The notes under the pieces: generated by a model
Database searches by the model: none
Told to the model about the DNA's origin: nothing
What the model saw: only the letters and a program-made list of their open reading frames with translations
Origin: Chloroflexota bacterium
GTDB taxonomy: Bacteria; Chloroflexota; Limnocylindria; Limnocylindrales; CSP1-4
Length of the DNA stretch: 64,000 nt
Assembly (NCBI GenBank): GCA_016191425.1
Contig: JACPOR010000036.1
Coordinates: 3,002 to 67,001, forward strand
Reading direction: 5' to 3'
Shown here: positions 27,079-36,197 of the stretch, piece by piece
Position numbering within the stretch: position 1 is the first letter of the stretch
How the letters are laid out: each line of letters opens with the position of its first letter
Translations under genes and position numbers: made by a program

Positions 27079-29529
27079 TCAGCGGACGTTGTACCGCTCG
27101 ACCGGGCTCCAGAAGCTATTGGCGTTGTACGCGGTCGGGTTGGCCCGGCCGCGGACATACCAGCTCCCGCCGCTCGTGAACGTGAAGGTCGTGCTCGCCT
27201 GGCCGAGCGCATCAACAACCACAGCCCGCGTCGTGACGAGCGTCCACGCGCCGCCGGTCAGGCGGTAGAACCGGAACTCGGCAACGGCCGGGGCCAGCTC
27301 CGGACGCGACGGCCGCACCGTGGTCGTGAACGTGATCGAGGTGTTCCGGGCGATCGACCTGATCGCCCCGCTGTTGGTCGGTCGGAGGAGCGCGATCTGG
27401 CGGACGACTGTCCTCGTGGTGTTGCTCATGCCGGCCGAGAGATCGGGAGCTCCCGCGAAGCGAATCCGGAAGTAGTTGTTGGTGGCCGGTCGATAGGTGT
27501 ACGTCGCGGAACCAAACGCGTTTGTCGTCAAGGTGGCTTCCGTGAACCACGTGACGCCGTCACGAGCACGTTCGATCGTGAACGTCCGGTTCGCACCGTT
27601 GGCGCCGAACTGGATGGTCAGCGTCACGCCGCCGCCCCAGGTGATGACGCTGGCCGAGTTGGTCAGGGTGATCGTGGCGGCGAGCGCGCCCACGGTGAAG
27701 GAGCTGCTCGTTGCGGAGGTAACGGACGTGGCTGCCGCCAGATTGGAGGCCGTGGCGATGAGCGTGTAGGTTCCGGCCGCGTTGACGTAGCAACCGGCGA
27801 ACGTCGCAACACCGGCGACCGCGACCTTGGACAGGCCGCCCGTGCATGTCAGGATGGATCCCAGGGGAGCCCCGACGCCAAGGGAGAGCGTGACCGTCGC
27901 GGTGCTGTTCGTTCCGCTGGTGACGGTATTGCCGCCGGCATCCTGGACGGCCACCATGGGTTGGATCGGAAACGCCTGTGCGGCCACGCCCGCGTTTGGC
28001 TGGGCCGTGAACCCGAGCTTGGAAGCGGCACCTGCGGTGATCGCGACGTTGGTGCTTTCGGCAGCCGTCAGGTTGATCGCTGCCGCGACGATTGTGTAGG
28101 GGTTGGCGGGAAAAGTCGGGCTGATCTTGTCGATCTTGCACCCGGTGAAGGTTGCCACGCCGTTCACGACGGTCCGCGACAGTCCGCTGTCGCAGGTCAG
28201 GAGGGCACCGGGCGCGCCGGTCCCCACCTTGATCGAAAGCACAACCTGGGTGGCCTGATCGTGGGTGGACGTGTTGCTGGCACCAGCGCGGACGGCGACG
28301 ACGGGCTGGCTTGCGAAGGCCACGCCGGCCGCCGTGATCGCGCTCGGCTGGGTTGTGAAAACGAGCCGGTCGGATACATCAAACAGCGCGCTGTCAACCT
28401 GGGTCAGGGAAGTTGCGGTGGCACGCAGGACATCGCCAACCCCAACGGCACTGATCCGGCAGCCGCTGAAGGTCGCGATCCCGCTTGACGTGTTGGCTGG
28501 GTTGGCGGTGCAGGTCAACGTCCCGCTTCCCGTCTGGAGCGCGAGGGTAATCGCGCGCCCGGAGTCGGTGAACACGACGTTGTTGTTGGCGTCCAGAACC
28601 GCGACCTGCGGCTGCGTTGCGAGTGCGATCCCGGGAACCCCGCGGGCCGGCTGTACGACGAAGCCGAGCTTGGTCGCCGGCCCCGGTGTGATCGAAATCG
28701 CGTTGCTCGTTGCAGCCGTGCCGCCCGCGGAAGAAGTCGCCCGCAGGTTGTACGCCACCGGGCTGGCCTTGTCGATCTTGCAGCCGGCGAACGTCGCGAG
28801 CCCAGACGGGGTTGGGGTGATGGGATTGGTGGTACAGGTCAGGAGGGCCCCGGCTGCTCCGGTGCCAGGCGCGATGGACAGCGTGATCGTGTCGCTCTCG
28901 CGGAGGTTGTCGAACTTATCCTTGTCCAGGACGATCGGCTGTTGCGCGAACGCGGTCGCCGCCGCGCTGGTGGCGCTCGGCTGCTGGGAGAACGAGAGCA
29001 CAGGCGCACCGGCGACTTCCTGCAGAGTTCCCCAGTTCCCGCCCGGACCCACCGACCCGGTGTTCGAGATCGTACCCGACTGGAGCGGCGTGCCGACCGT
29101 CGGCCGAACCCGGAGCCCCGAGAACGTGATGGTGCAGGCCGTCGTTGCCGAAGTTCCCGAGAGCGTCAGCGTGGCGGAATCGGTCGTCACGACGACAGAG
29201 TCGATTGCGAGGTTGCAGCCGGCACTCTTGGTGGCGGTCCCGCTGCCGGCATCGAAGGTGAAACCGCTCGGCAGATCGAGGATGATCGTCCCTGCCGCAA
29301 GTTCACCCGCTGTGCCCTCGGTGACGGCAGGACCAGTGAGTGAGGTATAGGCGCCATTGCCCGGCGAAGCTGCGGCTGTATCCGCTGAGATCGCACCGCC
29401 GCCGGTGGCCGCAGTCACGGTGACGGCGGCGAGCGCCGTGCCGGGCAGGAGCCCTACCAGCAGGGACGCTCCCAGGAGCATGGCCCCGACTCGACGAGGC
29501 CCAACAGAGCGCGGTGGCTTGAGACTCAT
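27079..29529 (-). CDS. Secreted multi-repeat Ig-like surface protein 2 (tandem paralog of protein 1)
   Basis: Signal peptide ...MLLGASLLVGLLPGTALAA. Same Cys-pair modules as protein 1. The last ~130 aa are near-identical to protein 1 (nucleotide similarity 27079-27480 vs 25012-25420). Confidence 0.85.
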   Translation of the reverse strand: MSLKPPRSVGPRRVGAMLLGASLLVGLLPGTALAAVTVTAATGGGAISADTAAASPGNGAYTSLTGPAVTEGTAGELAAGTIILDLPSGFTFDAGSGTATKSAGCNLAIDSVVVTTDSATLTLSGTSATTACTITFSGLRVRPTVGTPLQSGTISNTGSVGPGGNWGTLQEVAGAPVLSFSQQPSATSAAATAFAQQPIVLDKDKFDNLRESDTITLSIAPGTGAAGALLTCTTNPITPTPSGLATFAGCKIDKASPVAYNLRATSSAGGTAATSNAISITPGPATKLGFVVQPARGVPGIALATQPQVAVLDANNNVVFTDSGRAITLALQTGSGTLTCTANPANTSSGIATFSGCRISAVGVGDVLRATATSLTQVDSALFDVSDRLVFTTQPSAITAAGVAFASQPVVAVRAGASNTSTHDQATQVVLSIKVGTGAPGALLTCDSGLSRTVVNGVATFTGCKIDKISPTFPANPYTIVAAAINLTAAESTNVAITAGAASKLGFTAQPNAGVAAQAFPIQPMVAVQDAGGNTVTSGTNSTATVTLSLGVGAPLGSILTCTGGLSKVAVAGVATFAGCYVNAAGTYTLIATASNLAAATSVTSATSSSFTVGALAATITLTNSASVITWGGGVTLTIQFGANGANRTFTIERARDGVTWFTEATLTTNAFGSATYTYRPATNNYFRIRFAGAPDLSAGMSNTTRTVVRQIALLRPTNSGAIRSIARNTSITFTTTVRPSRPELAPAVAEFRFYRLTGGAWTLVTTRAVVVDALGQASTTFTFTSGGSWYVRGRANPTAYNANSFWSPVERYNVR

Positions 29530-29703
29530 GGCTTGCGTCCTCTCTTGCGGGTACGGGACCAGTCACAGTATGCCCCGACCGGAGCATTGTCGACAGAGGC
29601 GCTGCACGCAGACTTATCGGCACCCGGTACACCAGACGCACCCGGCCGTGAAAAGTTACGGTGCCGCTCGATACTCGGGCGGCCGACGACCAGATCGGTC
29701 AGG

Positions 29704-31344
29704 TCAGCGGCCGACCGACCAGCGGTAGACCGGACTCACATTGTTGGCGTACTGGGCGGTCGACCCCACGTAGACACGCCAGTAGTAGGAGCCGCTTGAG
29801 GGTGGCACCCAGGTGTAGCTGGCGCGACCCTGGGCGTTCGTGCCTCGGCCCCGGCTTCCCGCGTAGACCCACGACCGTCGGCTCGTGTCAAACCGATAGA
29901 GCCGGAAGGAAACGGGAACTCCCTCTGCCGCTGAATTGACCTGCGCGCTGAGGCTGACGGCACGACCCACTCTGGCCCGGGACACCACGGTCCTGTCCAC
30001 GCCGACGATTTCGGCTGATCGCCGCACGAGCATCCGAACCTCGGCCCTGGCTGGCGCGATGACGGGAGCCCCCGCGTATCGGAACTCGTACACCGTGTTC
30101 TCCTTCGGGGTCACGATCAATGAAGCACGGCCATCCGAAATGGGAACCGTCGTCAGCGGGGCTGGCCCGGTCGCGACCGTGGAGGACAGGACATCGATGC
30201 TCGTGGGCAGTGGGGCACCCGTGAGCGTCACGCCGATCCGCGCCGATCCGCCGAGCACGATCACCTTTGGTTCCGCCGTCACCTCGAGGCCCGTCGGCGC
30301 GATCGGCGTGACGAGCCACGAGCCGGTGGCAAGGACACGGTTGCCGGCGACATCTTCCACGTTGCCGACGGTGACGATGTATCCGGTCCCGGGCTGGAGC
30401 TCGAGTGTCGGGATGAAGGCGCCGCTTCTTGTGGCCACGTCGTACATGTATTGACCGGTGACAAGCGTCCCGGACGCCGACTGCACGATCAGCCCGAGTT
30501 CGTTCCACGTTCCCGGGTCCATGGGCTCGTCGAAGGTGACCGTGAACCGGGGACGGAGTCCGATGACGGTCGATCCCGGAGGTGGGTAGATGCCGGTCAC
30601 CGAGGGCCGGTCGACATCGATGGTAACCGTGGCCGTTGCCAGCGCGGACTCGAGTCCAACGCCGTTTCTGACCTTGACCCAAAGGGTGCGCAGGCCGGAG
30701 CCGGGCGAGAACGTCCAGGTTGTAGAAGCTCGATATGGCTGCCAGTCACTGTACGTGGCGCCGTTGTCACTCATCGCCATCTCGGTCACGCCGGACAGAT
30801 CATCGCTTGCGGTCAGGGCTACCGGCACGGTCAGCTGATTGGTGGATGCCCGGCCGGCAGCCAGCTCGATGGACGCCGTCGGTGGCGTCGCGTCTGGAAA
30901 GGCCTGGACGGTCAGGCGGTAGTCACCCTGGACGTCCGTTGCTCCGTTCAGGTCGATGTAATACGTTCCACCGAATCGCGAGGGCCACGAGATCGACTCA
31001 CTGCTGGTGAGCCCAATCGACTTCGTCAGGAGTCCGACGTTGGACAGGACGGTGGTAGCCGTCGAGTCAAAGAGATAGATGTCGAAGTCCGTACCCGTCG
31101 TTCCGGTGAGGCTCGCCACGATGACGTAGCCGGGCGCGACCGAGATGCTGTAGACGACGTCATAGATCGCACCACCAAGCCGGCCGGAAGCGATCGGCCC
31201 CGGCAGGGACATGCCCGGGATATCGGCGCTCGGATCCGCCGCCCTGGCGATGGAGACGGCCGGCAGACGTCCCGAGAAGCCGCCTGTTCCAAGGACAAGC
31301 ACTGCCATGAGCAGCCCCACGACCGTCCGTTGACGACGGCTCAT
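29704..31344 (-). CDS. Secreted protein 3: PPC-like N-domain, SbsA-type Ig-like domains and the shared C-terminal domain
   Basis: Signal peptide MSRRQRTVVGLLMAVLVLG. GTDFDIYLFD (pre-peptidase C-terminal-like). RPSVTGIYPPPGSTV...VTFDEPMD (SbsA_Ig-like). C-terminus YYWRVYVGSTAQYANNVSPVYRWSVGR. Confidence 0.8.
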   Translation of the reverse strand: MSRRQRTVVGLLMAVLVLGTGGFSGRLPAVSIARAADPSADIPGMSLPGPIASGRLGGAIYDVVYSISVAPGYVIVASLTGTTGTDFDIYLFDSTATTVLSNVGLLTKSIGLTSSESISWPSRFGGTYYIDLNGATDVQGDYRLTVQAFPDATPPTASIELAAGRASTNQLTVPVALTASDDLSGVTEMAMSDNGATYSDWQPYRASTTWTFSPGSGLRTLWVKVRNGVGLESALATATVTIDVDRPSVTGIYPPPGSTVIGLRPRFTVTFDEPMDPGTWNELGLIVQSASGTLVTGQYMYDVATRSGAFIPTLELQPGTGYIVTVGNVEDVAGNRVLATGSWLVTPIAPTGLEVTAEPKVIVLGGSARIGVTLTGAPLPTSIDVLSSTVATGPAPLTTVPISDGRASLIVTPKENTVYEFRYAGAPVIAPARAEVRMLVRRSAEIVGVDRTVVSRARVGRAVSLSAQVNSAAEGVPVSFRLYRFDTSRRSWVYAGSRGRGTNAQGRASYTWVPPSSGSYYWRVYVGSTAQYANNVSPVYRWSVGR

Positions 31345-31492
31345 CAGGGTTGACCACAGCTCATCACGAGTCTGAACATGGGCGTCAGGATACCCACGTG
31401 GCAGCGATGCTGCCCATGTGGGTCAGCGCGACGTGCGCATTCAACGGCAGGGTGGGACCCCGGTCGGCACGGACAGGAGCCCGATACATGAA

Positions 31493-31523
31493 GAGAGCCG
31501 GAACGCGTTGCGTCCCGGCTCTC
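31493..31523 (-). terminator. Hairpin GAGAGCCGG-N13-CCGGCTCTC downstream of secreted-protein gene 4
   Basis: Lies 44 nt after the stop at 31567 and is followed on the minus strand by TTCATGTAT. Confidence 0.45.
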
Positions 31524-31566
31524 GTTCATTACCTGCCAGCCGTTACCGACTGTCGGGCGCTACAGG

Positions 31567-34107
31567 TCAGCGGATCCAGCGGCCGATGGACCACGAACCC
31601 CAGACCGCCGGGGTGGTGGCCGTGGCGGGGAGAACCGGCCGGATCGACAGCCAGATCACGCTACCGCTGGTGATGTTGGCGTAGGCGACGCCACTCGCGT
31701 TGGCCACACGCGTGGTCAACAGGTACGGAGCGCTCCACGGGTTCGTGAAGAGTCCGACCTTCTTGTAGGCCCAGATCTGGATGGTCTTGCCGGCAACAGC
31801 AGCGCCGCCGTCAAACCGCCAGGTGATGTAACCACCTGTGGAGATCTTGGTCGAAGCGGTGAAGGGTCCGGTGAGGGTGTTGCCCAGCGCCGTGCCCGTG
31901 GTGTTGAACATGAACGGTGCCGGCGTCCCGATCGTCGCGTTGGACACGATGGTCTGGAAGTTGGTGGCCGTTTCAGACTCGTTGAGTCCGCCATAGACGC
32001 TCAGGAGCACGGCCCCGGTCGGCGCGTCCGCGACGGTGATGAAGTGGATGTTACTGATGGTGATCTTGCCCAGGTTCGGCGCGAACGCCTGCTGGACGAT
32101 CATGAACTCGAAGGAGTTCGTCGTGTTGGTCGCGGTGTTGTTGTCCTGGACACAACCGGGGGACACAGGCCCGACGACAAGCCCCGAGCCGGGCGTAGCG
32201 GTGATGACCGGGCGGTCATTCGTGTTCGCCGTCTTGAGGAACGTGTCCTGGATCAAGAAGTTGCTTGACCTCGGCAGGATGGAGGCGCAGACCCACTGGC
32301 CGCTCCGGAGTTGACCGGTCAGGGTCTCGGTGATCGTGATGTCGCCACCGAGCGAGTCGGCGGAACCCTTCGGGATCGTCGGCTGGCTGAGGGCCGTCAC
32401 GACGACGCCGCTGCGGAACGCGCGAACCGCGATCGGCAGGATGGCGAAGTCAGTCTGGCTGGTGGCCGTGCCGCTGGCGATGTTGAGGTTGACGGTACCG
32501 ATGGGCGAATTGTTCGCCACGTTGATCCGGCCGCCGTTGAGCGATCCGGCATCCAGCACGCCGCCGGTCGCGTTCGAGCCGCGGATGTCGATCTTGGCGG
32601 GCACGTCCGTGCTGGCGCTGTAGATCGTCCAGGTCGCGGTTCTGTTGCCGTCGCTGAGGACGCCGACGAGGGACGTGACCCCCAGGAGCGTGCCCGGGTC
32701 GCGCAACTTCAGGTTGCTCGCCGTGACGACCGCGAAGGGGGCACGGGTGAAGAACTCGTATCCCGAATCGAGCGAGACGGAGAACGTGTTGTTGGAGCCG
32801 CCGGCCGTGAACGAGCCGACTGCGGCTTCATTCAGGGTGACCATGCCGGTCTGCTGGTCGTTCTCACCGATGTAGACGATGGGAGTTGCGGCCGTGCCGG
32901 CGATAACGTTGTTGATGTAGCCGAGCGTGACCTTTGTGGGGGTCACGAGCAGGCTCCCCGCCGTGACGGTCACGTCGACCGTTGAACCGAGGACGGCGTT
33001 GGCCGCGACATCGACACTCCAGGTGCCGTTTTCGTGCATATAGCCGGCCGTGCCCGCAAGGCTGGCAGTCCCGACTGTCCACGTCACGGTCTTGCGATCG
33101 GCCGAAAGCGTAGAGGTCTCGTTGGCCAGTTCGAGAGCGGAACCGTGCGTGTTGGCGTCAATGGCGTTGGACCAGACGACCCCCGCCGTCGTGATCGTGG
33201 CCGAGATGACCGTGCCGACGGTGAACATCGGATCCGTTCGCTCGGCGAGCTTGAAGGTCCCGAGGTCCTGGTTGAAGAGGCCGGGCTGGACACCGAACGG
33301 CCCATCGTCGACCGTGAGGGCGAGCGAGTCGACGACGGTGCCGGCCGAGGCCAGAACGCCGACGGCCGCTGGGCAGCTTGCGAGGGTTTGGCTCACAGCC
33401 GTGCCCGCAGCGTGGCCGTTTGCCGCCGCAGCGATCGTCAGCGTCTGCTGGCCGGCGATCCTGGCGCTGGCCGTGCCCGCAAGGGACTCAGCAGTACCAC
33501 CTGCGAACGCATAGAGGCCATTGCCGCCGCCCGTCGCCGCGAAATCACACACCGACGTGACGTTCACGAGGGCGGAGGTGTTGGTGGCGAAGACAGTGTT
33601 GACGAGCGTACCGGTCGCCTTCGGCGCGGAGTCGAAGTAACCGCCGAAGGGGCCGGTGCCGGAGTACGTCGTCTTGATGGCACCGAGCGCGGCGCCGGCG
33701 GTGGCCTTGATCTTGAGACCCTGGACGGAGAACTGCTCGGTCTTGAGGGGATCCCAATCCGTGGTCGTCACGGTGAAGGTGTTGCCGCTCACCGAGACGC
33801 TGGCGCCCAGGGAATCCGGGGCGACGAGGGTCGGGGTACCGGTGAAGGTGACCGTCGAGAAGTCGCCGCTGTCCTTGATCGTGACGGTAAGCGTGCCGGC
33901 ACTGCTCCAGTCGTTGATGTCGGCTTCAGTGAACGTGAACGTCGCCGCAGCGGCCGAGGTGCCCGCGCGCGGAACGCTGCCGGCCGAACCGACCGCAGCG
34001 GTACCGGGTGCGGCCGCCAATACGGCCGGCGCGACGGTCGTCGCAAAGAGCGTGGCGAGCAGCGCGGCACTCATGCCGACGCTGAACGCCTTCTTGAATC
34101 TGTTCAA
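31567..34107 (-). CDS. Secreted 846-aa T/N/A/G-rich protein with no domain recognised by eye (S-layer or surface-protein candidate)
   Basis: Start re-set to TTG 34107, with GAGG 8 nt upstream, giving the signal peptide MNRFKKAFSVGMSAALLATLFATTVAPAVLAA. Codons are strongly biased (AAC, ACC, TTC, ATC, AAG, GGC). The C-terminus is GSWSIGRWIR. Confidence 0.8.
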   Translation of the reverse strand: MNRFKKAFSVGMSAALLATLFATTVAPAVLAAAPGTAAVGSAGSVPRAGTSAAAATFTFTEADINDWSSAGTLTVTIKDSGDFSTVTFTGTPTLVAPDSLGASVSVSGNTFTVTTTDWDPLKTEQFSVQGLKIKATAGAALGAIKTTYSGTGPFGGYFDSAPKATGTLVNTVFATNTSALVNVTSVCDFAATGGGNGLYAFAGGTAESLAGTASARIAGQQTLTIAAAANGHAAGTAVSQTLASCPAAVGVLASAGTVVDSLALTVDDGPFGVQPGLFNQDLGTFKLAERTDPMFTVGTVISATITTAGVVWSNAIDANTHGSALELANETSTLSADRKTVTWTVGTASLAGTAGYMHENGTWSVDVAANAVLGSTVDVTVTAGSLLVTPTKVTLGYINNVIAGTAATPIVYIGENDQQTGMVTLNEAAVGSFTAGGSNNTFSVSLDSGYEFFTRAPFAVVTASNLKLRDPGTLLGVTSLVGVLSDGNRTATWTIYSASTDVPAKIDIRGSNATGGVLDAGSLNGGRINVANNSPIGTVNLNIASGTATSQTDFAILPIAVRAFRSGVVVTALSQPTIPKGSADSLGGDITITETLTGQLRSGQWVCASILPRSSNFLIQDTFLKTANTNDRPVITATPGSGLVVGPVSPGCVQDNNTATNTTNSFEFMIVQQAFAPNLGKITISNIHFITVADAPTGAVLLSVYGGLNESETATNFQTIVSNATIGTPAPFMFNTTGTALGNTLTGPFTASTKISTGGYITWRFDGGAAVAGKTIQIWAYKKVGLFTNPWSAPYLLTTRVANASGVAYANITSGSVIWLSIRPVLPATATTPAVWGSWSIGRWIR

Positions 34108-34266
34108 TTTCTGTACCTCTATGCTTGGGCTGGTTGTTGGCGCCGAGGGCGCACCCCCGGGTTCGGATCGGCCCGTCTGCTCCTTCCCTGCCCCGATCCG
34201 GCTCACGTTTCCTTTAATGCCTTCCGGAAACCCGGAACGGCATGACGCGCCCTGCGCGCCCTGCAG

Positions 34267-35007
34267 TTACGGCGATGGTGTTGGCTCCACCGGCGGTGGC
34301 TGCGTACGCCGCGGCTTCTCCGTCGGTTGGGGTGTGGGTGTTGGCGTGGCGGTGGGTTCCGCGGTCGGACTGGGCGACGGCTCGATCGACGGTGTGGGCA
34401 AGGGCGAAGGCTCCGGGCTCATGGTCGGCGCGGCGGAGTCCGTCGGAGCCGGCACGATGACCGGCACGGGAGTCGCCGAAATGACCGGACTCGGTCGCGG
34501 TTTCGCGGTCGTCGAGGGTTCCGCCGATTGGACGGCCGGAACCGAGGGAGTCGGCGTTGCCACTGGGGCGATGGTAGCACGCTGCCCGGTGAAAACGCCG
34601 AGCTGCGGGACGATCTGCGATGCGGCCAGGACGATCACAGCGCCCAGGAGGGCCACGGACACAATGGTCGCCATCAGCGTCGCGGTCGTCCGCATGGTCC
34701 CGCGGATGACCTGGGTTCGCAGGTCTGACAGCCAAGAGCGGTGGGCGTGGCGACGTGTCCGATCATCCAGGGCGGCGAGCAGGATCCGCTCGTCCAGTCG
34801 CGGTGTCGACGAAGGCGTCGGCAATGAACCCAGGAGCGTCATCACGAGCGTGCTGCCGCCGATCTCCACCGTGCAGGCCGCGCAGCCCTTGACGTGAGCG
34901 GACAGGCGGGCCGCATCGACCGGATCGAGCTCATCGACGAGGAAGGCGTCGATCAGGGCGCGGGCGTGCGCGCAATCGAGGGGCGGGCCGGCGGGCGGGT
35001 TCGTCAC
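34267..35007 (-). CDS. Anti-sigma factor (zf-HC2 type), single TM, Pro/Thr-rich extracytoplasmic tail
   Basis: CAHARALIDAFLVDEL...HVKGCAACTVE motif. TM TATLMATIVSVALLGAVIVLAAS. Start set at GTG 35007; the track gives 35034. Confidence 0.75.
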   Translation of the reverse strand: MTNPPAGPPLDCAHARALIDAFLVDELDPVDAARLSAHVKGCAACTVEIGGSTLVMTLLGSLPTPSSTPRLDERILLAALDDRTRRHAHRSWLSDLRTQVIRGTMRTTATLMATIVSVALLGAVIVLAASQIVPQLGVFTGQRATIAPVATPTPSVPAVQSAEPSTTAKPRPSPVISATPVPVIVPAPTDSAAPTMSPEPSPLPTPSIEPSPSPTAEPTATPTPTPQPTEKPRRTQPPPVEPTPSP

Positions 35008-35173
35008 ACTCTGTACATGACCGGGCCCGGCCAAAAGGTTGCAGTCCCGGACGATTCGGACGCCCCAGCCCGGGTGCGAGGACGCCGCAGCTCACGTACG
35101 AGGACGCCGCAGCCTGGCTGCGAGCCCGCGCGCCGGGTGGGAGCCCGTGGGCCGGGTGCGAGCCCGCGGGCCG

Positions 35174-35911
35174 TTACTCGGAGCCGACGCCGACCTCGTT
35201 TCTGTGCCGGCCGATCCCCCCGGTTCCGTCACCCGGATCAACCGGCGGCACCGACCCGGCCAGGGTGGGTCCGGTCGGGGTGGGTCCGGCCGGGGCAGGT
35301 GCCGGCGGTTCCAACTCGAAGCGGCCTGCCAGCGCCTCGCGAAGCTGTCTTGTGCCCCGCAGGAGGTGGCTCTTGAACGTGTTCAGGGGGACACCCAGTT
35401 CGCGAGCAGCTTCCGCATAGTCGAGGCCCATGATGTGACGGAGCACGACGGCGGCTCGATACTTGAACGGGAGATCGATGATTGCCGCAGCCAGTACGCG
35501 ACGAAGGTCCGCGGCCTCAGCCGCGGCCTGCGGATCGGTGTCCGGATCCGCATCGATCAGCCCTCGTCCGATCGCGATTCCGCTCAGCGCCTCGCGCTCG
35601 GACACCTGATCCAGGGAGGAACTGCGACGCGCGCGCGTGCGGGTGCGCGCGCCGGCTCGACCGGCCGATCGCAGCACGATCGTGTTGAGCCACGGGCTGA
35701 GCGACGGGCGTGGGTCGACCTTTTCGATGGAACGGAACGCCGCCAGAAACGTCTCCTGGACGACATCCTCGGCCGTCTCCCGATCCCCGGTCAAGCGGAA
35801 GGCGAGCACAAACAGGCGGGGGCGGTGGCTCCGAACGAGCTCGGCATACGCCGATTCGGATCCCTCCCGGCACCGTCGAACAAGGTCTCGCTCGTCCCTC
35901 AGTTCTCCCAC
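35174..35911 (-). CDS. ECF (group 4) RNA polymerase sigma factor
   Basis: GTG 35911 follows GGAGG. Region 2: YAELVRSHRPRLFVLAFRLTGDRETAEDVVQETFLAAF. Region 4: YRAAVVLRHIMGLDYAEAARELGVPLNTFKSHLLRG. Confidence 0.85.
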   Translation of the reverse strand: MGELRDERDLVRRCREGSESAYAELVRSHRPRLFVLAFRLTGDRETAEDVVQETFLAAFRSIEKVDPRPSLSPWLNTIVLRSAGRAGARTRTRARRSSSLDQVSEREALSGIAIGRGLIDADPDTDPQAAAEAADLRRVLAAAIIDLPFKYRAAVVLRHIMGLDYAEAARELGVPLNTFKSHLLRGTRQLREALAGRFELEPPAPAPAGPTPTGPTLAGSVPPVDPGDGTGGIGRHRNEVGVGSE

Positions 35912-36033
35912 CGGTCCTCCGAAAGGCCCACGAACCGCGAACCGCGGCCCAGTCTGACACATGGGTACGCGCTAGTCACGCGAACGCGACCCCGGGTGGA
36001 ACGTGCGTGTGCTCGGATCGGTGAAAGCCAGCC

Positions 36034-36107
36034 GGCGTGGGTCCCGGCGTGGGTCCCGGCGTGGGTCCCGGCGTGGATTGCCGGCGTGGGTCCCGGCGTG
36101 GATTGCC
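36034..36107. repeat. Tandem repeat, 12/13-bp units GGCGTGGGTCCC and GGCGTGGATTGCC x6
   Basis: Direct reading. Confidence 0.9.
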
Positions 36108-36197
36108 AGCCTAGGGTGCGGGCTCTCCAGCCAAGGGCGTGGCCAGCCAGGCGGCATGGCCAGCCAGCCAAGATACGGGCAACTGCGCAACAACTCC

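Noticed and set aside
25012-27480. Diversity-generating retroelement (template/variable repeat) explanation for the similar 3' ends of the two surface-protein genes
   Set aside because: The differences are not adenine-specific, both copies are inside full-length genes, and there is no reverse transcriptase in the window.
35912-36030. ECF-type promoter GGAAC-N16-CGGT on the plus strand near 35993
   Set aside because: It is a single weak match facing the HTH-nuclease gene rather than the sigma operon, so it is not supportable without transcript data.
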